Positions 53,301-64,000 of a stretch of DNA of 64,000 bases are shown here, in pieces. Location of the stretch: contig KZ538247.1 of the NCBI GenBank assembly GCA_000934665.2, positions 1 through 64,000 on the forward strand, read 5' to 3'. Positions within the stretch are counted from its first letter, which is position 1, and each line of letters starts with the position of its first letter. The notes under the pieces were generated by a model, which saw only the letters and a list, made by a program, of their open reading frames with translations, did no database searches and had not been told where the DNA came from. Source of the stretch: Catajapyx aquilonaris. Its lineage: Eukaryota. Position numbers and translations under genes: made by a program.

Positions 53301-55839
53301 CATTTTGCTGCTGCTTTACTGGGATTTTCTTCCCTCCCTTACTAGATCTGCACCCCCTCCTATATACCCACCACCAAGGCTTTTCGTCCTCAATATTTGA
53401 GCCTTGATGTTGGTTTGGTCTATACCTTTCCAACATGACTGGCATCACAACAAGGCCCGTTTATGTGCGTATACAGTATGAATAATGCGGTTTTCATTGC
53501 TAATTAAAATTTACGGAGGGGGGTCTTCTTTGTTGAGTTGCGTCGGAATTTGTGTGGGGTTTCTGGAATTATTTATTCTCCACAGGTTTAATTTGCAGGC
53601 GATAGGCCTATAAGAGAGGGAACAGAAGTTTTCAGCAAATAAGAATGAGTATACTGAGGGCAGGCGGTGTGCTTGTGTTTCATGTTGATTACAGTGACTG
53701 TATACAGTGCAGCGGAATTTAATGCCGTGTGGTTCGCTGATCAGAGATTCATTTTCTTGAGGGAAAATGCAGTATTGTTTTCGTACTTAATAATACAGGG
53801 CGTTCCAAGTAAGTTATGAGGATCGGTTTAGGTATATGGGAAAATTCGGTCGAAGCTGTTATTGTTTTGTAGGTTGTTGTTTTCCGATCCATGTGCACTA
53901 CTGTCCATTCCATTGATCCAAGTCTATACAGCCACGTTCTCTGACTTATTTTGTCAGTCGATAGTAGCACTTAACTGCTTGACCTATTTTTATGAGATTC
54001 TCATGCGAAAACGTTGCAATATTAATGAGGCCAAAGATCATTTCCAATATGCAGTAAACATCTATGCGCTACACCATTATGGGGTAAACAATCCATGACT
54101 TTTTCTCCTGCCCTACGCTTGGACTGACAACTTTCTGTGTTCACATACAGAGCTTTCTTTTTTATTGTAGCCTACTGTAAGTAGGAGGAATTGTCACATC
54201 TCTTCAGTGTTCCTCATATCAGTCTTGCTATATATTGGACGAAGAAAAAAAAGAAGCAAGATAGTAGCTGGAATACTTTTTTATAGACGCTCCTTAAAAA
54301 ATACTGTCTATTGTTTTATGAATGGGCGGAAATATTGTTCAATTGGCATTTTGCTTTCATTTTCTTCCTGATGGCGTGCGGTACATTTAAAAAAATTTTT
54401 ACAGGGGCCCATACCATTCGTTACACTTCATGAGTTTACGCTCAACGGCAGTGTTTTTCAACAACAGAACCCCCTAAATCCGCAGTCCAAAACTTGCTGC
54501 CTCTTCTATTTATGTCTCCTTTTATGCTTTGTATGCATATATGATGGCTCTCGGCACAAATGTTTGTAGTAACTTTTTACAGCATAAATATTGGCATTCG
54601 TGACTCCCAACTTTGGACGAGTCTACCCTAAAGTCATACAAAGTGTATTGTACATTACAGTCGGTGTCCTAAGGCTTACTTTAGTTGACTAAAAAACCGA
54701 CGATAATTATGCGCCCGATACAATTTAAAGGGCTTAAATGCCCAGAGCATTGTTTAGTGCATAATACGAGCACACTGTTAAAAAGTGAATGTTGAACACG
54801 TTTTTGTCCCTCAAAAGCTGGGGCCCAACCGGCGCGGCAAACATGCTCAGATTATCTGACAGGCGATAACAATTGGTTGTTTCACACTCCCGAATTAAAA
54901 CACCATTTCATTCATTACGAGCCCCGGCTGCCGAGGACAAATAAAAAGAATGCCGCAGCACCCAGTTGAAAGTATATCCCCAGCCGTTTGTCTCAATGCA
55001 TATTCAGACACCCCCTAGCCATTGATCGCAAAGATTAGGCCGCTAAACACTAGGTGGCAACTCATTCAAGGCGAGCAAAACACGCGGGAACAATCTCTAT
55101 GAATAGAAAATGCCACCCCAACACTTCTAGGAGAAAGCGACTTATTTTTGGCTCCATTTATATAAAAAAGGCACACTTATTTGTTCATGAAAATAATTTT
55201 GTTTAAAATAATTCATGCCTATTGGGGTTTATCAACAATGGTGACCTCATTCCAACTTTTAAAGTGAAGCACTTTGTCAATACCTTGTGCCTTCTTGTGC
55301 CTGAAAGGTCACAAGTTTGTGCAGCAAATTTTACCTGAAGATCCCCCCACCGTCCCAAGTATAGCCAAAGTGCATGAAACAAAAGCAAACTTGGTCGCAA
55401 ACGGTTTTCCTGAAGTCGAGTGTCCATCCAAGGCCCCATCGTCAAACTTGGCCCGTCCAATGCTTGGAGGTCTTCCCTCAAGGGACACCCTCCCGACGTG
55501 GACACTTTTCCAAATACAAGAAGCAAGGAGGGAGCTTTCGCTGCTGGCCTGCGTTTTCCTAATGGAATCGGGCCTGGGTTGTCAGGGGGATATAAGGAGG
55601 TCTCTCTCTTCCCCCCCAAAAGAGAAGACATTTTCTCTCTCCTCTGATGCCGAGGGAACTCCACTAAACTGGATGGATCCCAAGTTTCTCAAAATGTCTC
55701 ATCGATTACCCAACCTCGACCATCACAAATGGCCGCCTGTTTGCTGATACTTTGTAAGCACCCCACTCATCTCAAGTCCAGGCTAATTACTGGTTGACCC
55801 CCAGTCACTACCACTGTTAAGAGCTAGGGTTATACAGTA

Positions 55840-55895
55840 TCTACATATATGAAAGGCAATGTTTGTTTGTTTGTCCCATTTGATATCCATCTCAT
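55840..55895 (+). mobile_element. Probable Helitron-type 5' end fragment (different family)
   Basis: A|TCTACATATATGAAAGGCAATGTTTGTTTGTTTGTCC: TC start, AT-rich head and (GTTT)n microsatellite, a layout common in arthropod non-autonomous Helitrons. No 3' end found. Confidence 0.4.
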
Positions 55896-55934
55896 GGCTA
55901 GCAGTGTTGATTGTTCGGTGCAGAATTTTTTGTC

Positions 55935-55993
55935 GTGCGGTGCTATATCCGGGTGTGGTGCTATATCCAGGTGCGGTGCTATATCCGGGTGCG
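55935..55993. repeat. 18-bp tandem repeat, about 3.3 copies
   Basis: Unit gtgcggtgctatatccgg at 55935, 55953 and 55971. Confidence 0.9.
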
Positions 55994-56134
55994 TCGGAGT
56001 GCGTTGCAGAGAGAGCAGTGCGGTAGATATGCAGGGAACAAGTGTGTGGAGGCGCCGTTAGAGGGTAGCGGGGTCGATGATCGGGGGAGAGAGCGAATAG
56101 GCAGGGAGAGAAGAGGCGTCGTAGTCGTCGTCGT

Positions 56135-56309
56135 CCAGTACGAGCCAGTGAGTGAAGCGAGCAACCGACGCCCGCCTTTTTGACCTGGGTTTCCGCTTAG
56201 TGACCTCGTAGTGTGTGCGTGTCGCCATCTAGTTGAAGGTGGCCGTGATGCGCGCGGCCTCTGGTCCGCTCGTTCCCATCTTGGACTGGGGTTGAGTATA
56301 CAGATATGG
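56135..56309 (+). other. Candidate alternative first exon (5' UTR + ATG + G), phase 1; 5' boundary approximate
   Basis: CpG-rich stretch following GA-rich sequence. Ends cagatATGG|gtgagt (consensus donor). In-frame TGA at 56246. Splicing to 61630 gives MEYLMSGSPR... Confidence 0.5.
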
Positions 56310-57337
56310 GTGAGTTTGTACCGGGGTCCGATCAACAAGTTAACATTGCACCAAATTAGGTTAGCAGAGTATTGACCAGACAGACTCGCCCTATATAGTT
56401 TCCACACACAGGGTCGGCCCCCATCGACCAAATGTGCAAATTTTTTTTTGTTAATGTATCTTAAAATAATGGTATCGATTTGATCACTTCCGCGTCATTA
56501 ACCATCTGAGTTGTCTGGTATTTGTAGGGTAGGCACTCCCCTCCTTCATCTCCACGCCCCTCGCCACACTTAAACGGCGTGGATACCCATGTCTATCGCG
56601 CCGATTACAGGCACGCAGCCAGCAGACTATTGCCTATAAAAATCGGGCGCCGGGCAGACTAATTAGTCGCGAACATAACGTCACGCTATCGGGTACATAT
56701 GAATATACCTATGAACGGTGTACTTTTTTTTTTTGAAACTTTTTCGTACCGGTACACAAAAAAAGTTGTGCTTCCTTGGTTCCATCCTTGGTTGAGCCTG
56801 GTTGTGCAAGGGAGCGGATCCTCCATCGATCCAAACAAGGAGTGGCTGCTGGCTTGTCTGCATGCGCCTGGGCTCCCGGGCGGCCCTTCTGGTCGGATGG
56901 CCCCGGGGTGGGTTTCAGATGGACGCCACAGACACGTGTTGTGAGCCAGCCATCGGTACGAGGGACAGAACTGGACCACAAACAAGGATTATTTCGCTTG
57001 TCCCACAAAAATGGTGGCAGCGGGTTTGAGTTATGTACGGGTGGAATGAACCTGGGGGCCACCCAATTAGTCCAAGGGGGGTTAAGGAGATAGGCTAGTT
57101 AAGCAAAAAGGCAGGGAGGAAAAGGGTTCTGAGCTGCCATAAATTGAGATGTAGGGGTGCATTAGGTTGGTTAAGTAATTAGGCTGAGCAGGTCAGGCTA
57201 ATACCCCGCTCCGCGTGCAGTATTCATCTGGGGCTTGTTCTACCTGAGAAGGCTTGCAGGTGGAAATTGTATGGAGTTGTATTGCGATTGGGGCGAGCGG
57301 GAACTCGTAACACTGTAGCGACCGAAAAATCAGCCGA

Positions 57338-57740
57338 AAACGTACACGTACATGTAAACGTATACTTGAAAGTAGACGTATACGTACACGTACACGTAAA
57401 CGTATACTTAAAAGTAGACGTATACGTAGACATGTACTTAAAGGTAGACGTATACGTACTGTACGCGTATACGTATACGTACACGTAGACATGTACTTAA
57501 AGGTAGACGTATACGTACTGTACGCGTACACGTAGACATATAGCCTACTTAAAAGTAGACGTATACATATACGTACACGTACACATAGACGTAGACGTGC
57601 ACTGTGTACATAAACATAGACGTATACGTACACTATATTACACATAAATATAGACGTATACATAAGCATAAAAGTAGACGTATACGTACACTACATTACA
57701 CATAAATGTAGACGTATACATAAGCATAAACGTAGACGTA
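57338..57740. repeat. Purine/pyrimidine-alternating degenerate tandem repeat (gtagacgtatacgtacac core)
   Basis: Repeated aaagtagacgtatacgtacacgt units, with longer-period duplications (about 60 bp). Confidence 0.9.
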
Positions 57741-60700
57741 TGGATTTTACTCTTCACAGTAAGCAATCGGATTCATGATAGCAAACATTATCCCTCTGAG
57801 AAGATTTCCAAGAGATCGTTGCCTCTCCAAGATGCTTTCATTCAAATCAGGCAGAGTCTGGAGACTCCAGTCGACTTCCAAGCCAAACCAACCCAGCCAG
57901 CCGTAAAACTCCGGCGCTCAAAAAATCCCTTCCCGATGCTTCTCGCGTCGGCCATAATTACCGTCCTGCATTATCCACAAAGTCATTGGTCTTACGCGTC
58001 CCGCCGCCTGGAGAAGCGGTTGTGCTTGCGGTTAGTTTGCCTTCCACCTGTTGGTCATCAAACTGCCACAAAGATCCTTCCCCCTCTTCCCTCCCTTCCC
58101 CCTACCCTCAATCGCTTCTGGTAATACTAACGGTCCCAACGGATTTACAACATTTTTAAAAAAAAAAAAAAATTTAAAGGGAGAATATTCACACCCTGTA
58201 ATGTACACGCTCCCCCGGGTGGTTAGTTTCAATAAATCCCACCGGAGACGCAGCGAGCTGAGTGGGCACGCCGCACGCGCTCACTAAAAAAAAAAAAACT
58301 TTCATCATGAGTATGCATGTACTCAACACTCTCTCTTGAAAAATATCCTTTATAGTCGTGAAGGAGACTGGCTGATTTGACTTGCACGTGGACTTGAGGG
58401 GGAGAGGTTGCAGGTTGAGATTGCTCGTGGGTTTTGGAGGATAGGGAGAGGAGGGTGGGATGATTAAGTGCTGGCCCATACTCCAGCATCCCGAACGGAA
58501 GAGGAGAATAAGGGAATGGAGCAGCTAGGAGGCTAGCTATCGAGGGCGAAACGCGGCGTGGGGTTGCCTGGCAACGCGCGAGGGGCTGAAAGGAGAGGGG
58601 GGGTGGTGGAGGGTGGGGTTGCCGGGCAACGTCGTGCCCACCATTCCCCCTGGTCTGGGGGGGCCCTTCCCCCGGTCCTCTCCTTCATCACCAAATCACT
58701 CTTGCCTCCCCCCCTTTTCCATCCAAACCTAAGCAAACACTTGCCGCCAACTGACACCCCCACCCAGGAACCTTCTAGCAGAGGGGGGACACCCTTTTTG
58801 CTATTACATGAGAATTGTCGCAACACATGCCTTTTTAGCCTGTGCGTACATAGGTGTCAACTGCATGCGACTGGGAACAGTGGCAACAATCGTAAGAACA
58901 GTATGCGCGCATCACGTGGTGATGTGTGAATTCGCACTCATTCTTCAGTGGTTGCCAGGTAACGCCGGGGGGGGGGGGGGNGACATTTAGGGAATGCAAT
59001 TTTGTCTGGCAGTGTACACAAGTCACATACTGTACAACCAGAGTTGGACCGCCAAAAGAGTCACAGTGCAGTAGTATTAATATTATTAATAGTAATAATA
59101 TAATGTGACATATGATAATGTAACGTGTCACATGCGTGTCAACTAATGCTGAAAGGGTTGTGTAATATGCATAGTTGCATATGCAAAATATTTTATTATT
59201 GACAGCTCAAGATATAAAATTGGTTGTTTTGCATAATGCTGGGCAGGGGTACATGGATGATACAATGAGCGTTTGTTGTCAGTGCATGGAACTTGATGTA
59301 CGGTATGCACGAAAATATCGACCCTATTGTTCATAATGTAACATTTCCAAGCCTTTTGCTGGATCAGACGATGACAAGTTCGGCTTAATTAACCGAATGT
59401 AGGGTACTCTACTGTAGATTACAATACTTGCAACTCTCAACATTTTGTAGCCATTTTGTCAGAGAATCGATGGGTCGTGTATTTTATGTTAAAACTATAG
59501 TATCGCCATGTTTTGAATCCTAATTATTCTGTAACTATTGTACGGCAGATTAATGCTGTTTCACCAAACCAAGATTAGACGTCTGAATGATTTCGAGCTT
59601 AGAAAGTGTTTGTGACAAAGATGCGTTAAATGTGCATTCACGGCTTATCTTTCCTACCTTTCTGTAAAACGAAAGCATTTAATCATGAAATTCTGTAATT
59701 ATATTTTGTCGTCGATGTAATACCTCTATATCTTTTAAAAGCACATCATCATCCGCTCTGCTTAACGCTGTGAGCTTTTGCATATTGGATTATTCATTTA
59801 GCTTATCATTATCTTATCAACGTGTAACCAACCCCCCTTTCAGTTTACTTAGCGGATGCAATCGAGTACTTCAAGTACCGTGTAGGCTCATTATTAATGC
59901 AATGATAGCTACATAAGTAAGGCTGTCAAGTTATAATGTCGGCCCCCTATTATGAAAGAAAACTCTGAAATCCCTTCCGGAAATTACAGCACGTTCTTAA
60001 TGCATCCCCACTGCTTCTACAAGGTGTTTCATAATGAGATCCCATGGCTCTACACTGGCTCTACAGGATTGATTTTTCGTAGTACGATAATGCTTAGCTG
60101 AAATTGTTAATGAATTTGAATTTGAAATTGTCATGAACATTATTGTTCGCGAACTGCTAAGGAATTCACGAACACATTTTTTTACCATTTCTGCTATCAC
60201 TATGAAACGTGATATAGGCTAGTTTCAACACAATCTCAAGCACATTTATCCAATAGCCAGCTCCAAATTTTTCTTCATCCTTCNGTCTCCTCCCCCCCCC
60301 CCCCCAAAAAAAAAAGCGAGAAAGATTGTAGGAAGCCACATGTCGCGAGGAGGTGTCACGTTCCTCGCGAGGCTGAGCGAGTGAGGCTGATGACAGTCCT
60401 GCCGGTGCACTAATTGGAGGGAAGGTGATGAGTCTCCATTTCGGGGGTTGTGCCCCGTCAGCAACCCTGTCAGGAACCATTTTGTCGAACTATAGGGTAT
60501 ATAGGAAAGTTGAAGGGAGGGGAAAAGGAATTCCCTAGCTATCCAGAAATGTGCACTGCAGGAGAGCGGAAAGGCTAAGGGGGTGGGGTCTGCCAGGACA
60601 AGTTGCGGGCCGTGAGAACAAAAGCAAGCCGCCTAAAGGGAACTGAGGGGGGGATTTTGCACCCCCCTTCCCCCCTCCTCCACCCCCCTACTTCCCTCGT

Positions 60701-61629
60701 GTCAACATGACGTGGGGGGAGGGGGGCAGCATTTACATTGCCCCCATCGATTCCCACTGCGCCTTCTAATTGCCCAAATGCTCCTTTCTCAACTCCATTT
60801 GGATGCGCACCAGCAATGGCCTACCTTTTATTATGCCATGCAATGTTGCGATATTGGAAGATCGGTGAAAATGAGGCAGACACGTGAAGGCCAGAATTTA
60901 TCAAACGACGACAGCCCCTAAAGTATCAATTTCGGTGCGAAACCTTCAGAAAACATGAATTTCATGGCCCACAGGTGACCTTACCCAATGGGAGGTGGAC
61001 ACGAGGTGAAAATGTTATATACATGGGAAATAGAAGTTGAATTGATAGCATGGTTTTGATAATGACCTACTCTTAAATATTGAAACTAGTGTCAAAAAAC
61101 TGTTACCTGAAACAGTGCAGAGTGTGCTGTAGCGCAGTTTAACTCATGGCATGTTGGTTAAACAGTACAGGACTGGTTGTGTAGGTTACGACCCATGTTT
61201 TAACATATTCAACAGCTGCATGCTGTGGACAGTTTATCGAGCCGTCTGTTGATGCGTGGAACCCTTGTGTACACACTTTTACTTCGATACAGTATTCATT
61301 CAGAACTTGTTTCATGTAGTTCGCATGCCTGTAACATATATACCCTGGGATCCCCCCCTCTGCATTCAGGAGAAAGTGTAAACATGCCTCACTCTGTATA
61401 TGGGGGTAGGTGCAGGTGCGTGTGTACTTTACCGAGTTGATGACCTGTAATATATCTGCATAGACAATGACGCGATGCACGTTCCCCCACAATAACATGC
61501 CACTCAAAAATGAAATACCAGGCCTTTCTATGTTCCGAAAGTACCTAGCTACAAAAATGATGGTCATCTTTTGTCCATTTTGTTCCACATATGGGCACGC
61601 ATTAATGTGTACCTCTTTTTCCATTACAG

Positions 61630-61810
61630 AGTACCTGATGTCGGGCAGCCCGCGGGGCTTCCCAGTGAAGTCCCCTTTGGCCAACAAGGACTTCGCCCAC
61701 GAGCCACGAGAGAGGGAGAGGGACAGGGAACGGGACAGGGAACGGGACAGGGAGAGAGAAAGGGAAAGAGACAGGGAAAGCAAAACCAACACGATCAGCA
61801 GCCAACCAAG
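61630..61810 (+). CDS. Ten-a: Teneurin (Ten-a-like) coding exon 4 (phase 1-2) with RE/RD repeat; alternative donor may extend it to 61816
   Basis: Acceptor ctctttttccattacag|AG. In frame with exon 3 (SQ-E-YLMSGSPRGFPVKSPLANKDFAHEPRERERDRERDRE...SSQP). Donors AAG|gtatat (61811) and TAT|gtaagt (61817). Confidence 0.7.
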
Positions 61811-62614
61811 GTATATGTAAGTCCTATACAACAGAAAAAAATAATAACATTTACACTGAACGCTGGTTATGTTATCGCAATTTTGCTCTTGTTTGATGCG
61901 CTTGGTTTGGATGGCAACGGGGCAGCCTCTCATCCATCATTTTAGTCAATGACAGGTGTATCTCGCGGGAGACCTTATCTCAGTCAGCGACAACAGGCAG
62001 CCAATCGACATCAATTAAAACTGATAGGGGATGGCGATGATCATTCAGAATGATTAGTTAGTCTATAGAGTACGGTTATGCGCGGTGTAATCTATAATTC
62101 CAGGCCGCCCTCTGGATTCGACCGCGCGCCTTTTGAACTGCCTGGAGACTGCAGCCCTGCCAATTGTGCTTCTTTGCCCGGATTTCCCTGGGATTTCATG
62201 GAGGGGGGAAAAGAGGGGAGATGTGGGGGGGAGGACAGCTTAGTCGGTCGTTACGAGAAGGGAAAAGCTCGCCAATAAGAGCCTGGCTTTTGTTGTGCCG
62301 TTTTCTCCCCCAACTTATTTATAGGGGCTGGCATCCACCTAGCCTCCCACCCTGCTTCTCATGTAGCCATTTACAACCTTTATAGTCCGGATGTAACCCC
62401 CGCCACCCATCGGAACACAGCAGACGGCTAAGGGCCGGATTTGAACCCCGCCATAAAAGAAAGACGAGGAATGATTGGCCCACCCTGTACACAATAGCAA
62501 GATTTTCAACAATTTTCTGGCTTAAAATCGGTCGAGAACTGGTTGAGAGAGGCTATACAGCTGTAAAATGCCGAGATATAATTGAAGAGAATGATTTGGA
62601 GGTTTCAGATGGCA

Positions 62615-62895
62615 ATGTACTGGCTGTGAAACGGCTTCCAGCCAGTATACAGACGGTTCAGAGGACGAAAAGTACTGATTGACAACCCTAAAACATGTAG
62701 ACATTGTCTGCCGTTTTCGTAATGGCTCTCAGCAGTATGTACTGCCTGGGAGACGCAACACAATTAGTACATACCTGCTGAGAGCCATTGCTAAGACTGC
62801 AGACAATGTCTACACATGTTAGGGTTGTCAAACAGTACTTTTCGTCCTCTGAACCGTCTGTGTACTTGCTGAAAGCCGCTTCACAGCCAGTACAT
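62615..62895. mobile_element. Foldback/MITE-like element with ~130-bp inverted arms (62615-62743 and 62766-62895)
   Basis: atgtactggctgtgaa...acagacggttcagaggacgaaaagtactg pairs with cagtacttttcgtcctctgaaccgtctgt...ttcacagccagtacat; 22-nt loop. Confidence 0.8.
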
Positions 62896-64000
62896 CCACT
62901 TACTCCGGATGACTTGCAGTGTACCGTGGGCATTTTCGTCATCCCAGGGTTGGGTGTGGGTTGAGGGGAAAAGAAGGAAGGAAGGGACTAAGGTTCGACG
63001 ATAATCATTCCCGGCACAAGCCTAAGGCAGGCTGCGAGCAGCCGCCTTTGTTGTCGTGACACTCGATCCGTCTTCTTCTCTTCAGACCGGGTTTCTGGGC
63101 GCCCCTCTACTTGCGAGTCCGGAACTTGCCAATTATCCTCGGGGAAGATGGAAGCGATGGAAGAAGGGAGATGGGGGAAGGCCTGGTGTAAGGTGGTAGA
63201 GGAAGTTGCTATCGACATATATATTTTTTTCTCTTAATAATTATTCGTGTACACTATAGCATAGTGCGAGGTTGCAGTTATGCAAATGTGTTACTCGATA
63301 GTGCGGTAAAACTATTATTACTCGTATTACAGTGCATGATTTTATTCGCGCCGCCTGTGAGAAGTTGGCAGCATTTGCACACATGTGAATATTGTTGCCT
63401 AATTTGGTGTGCAGAGCGTAATTTAATAGACACGTATTCGCGTGGTTCGGAATATATTGAAAGTGCGGTGTACAATGGCGAATGTACTGTAACACACTGT
63501 ACGAACTTTTGCGCTAAAGAACAACTCCATAGAGCCCATGAACAAATGTAACTTGCCCAGGACGGAAAATTATGTTATACATATACCGTAATGTAAAATT
63601 AATGTCACGGTAGCCCTTGGGGGTCCAAAAAAGTGCCAAAAGAGGTTACTCTCCCCAACTTCGTTAGTTGCTTTGCCATTGCAAAATTAGAGTCAGTCAT
63701 ATACATTAGTAATAATAATAATATTTTAACTTAAATTCCAAACGATACCACAGATTTTTCGACGCAGTGACGTATATCTTGCGACAGATCTGTGGGGGGG
63801 AAAAGCCAGATCCCCTGAAACTTTTTAACTTGCAGGACTTGTCATTGCCCATTTATATCTTATGAGATTAATGTCGCATATAAAGAAGGAGTAGGGGCCT
63901 TTTGGGAGTGTCAGCGAGGGAGGGAGTGGTCCGATACACAAATCCTATCCACAGGCCCGTCCTCCCTCTTTTTACGCCCTTTTATTAGGCATCGATTGCT

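Noticed and set aside
57193..57669. ORFs rich in VYVYV, TYTST and IRLRVR
   Set aside because: Translations of the purine/pyrimidine tandem repeat.
61139..61933. 264-aa minus-strand ORF with LSLSLSRSLSR
   Set aside because: Antisense shadow of the RE/RD exon plus chance read-through; no recognisable domain.
62430..62446. Isolated B-box-like GGTTCAAATCC (minus); similar at ~32725 (plus)
   Set aside because: No convincing A box or shared body sequence; too little to call a SINE.

Overview
This is animal genomic DNA, probably arthropod; nearly all listed ORFs look like chance frames. The window appears to hold the 5' part of one large + strand gene with very long introns. Four coding exons (16594-16831, 24134-24910, 35658-35837, 61630-61810/61816) join with GT-AG boundaries and matching phases into about 458 aa of low-complexity protein. 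Its motifs (DNNSDTTYPDSE, EMGESPPEPAPPEVPPRSGSLL, TPSG, QEYLMS) match my recollection of the intracellular N-terminus of arthropod teneurins, best Ten-a; no search was run. The transmembrane and extracellular exons would lie beyond the right edge. The introns hold a dispersed Helitron-like family, foldback/MITE-like inverted repeats, a tRNA-derived SINE head, a lone 118-bp LTR with a perfect tRNA-Lys primer-binding site, minisatellites and assembly gaps. Best leads: (1) a candidate internal promoter and Met-only first exon (ATG G|GTGAGT at 56306) that would give a short-intracellular-domain isoform; (2) uORFs just upstream of both candidate starts; (3) an Arg-Glu/Arg-Asp tract in the intracellular domain; (4) apparent enrichment of TACAGTA/TACTGTA, the Tc1/mariner excision footprint. 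I found no CRISPR array, operon or clearly new multi-gene system.
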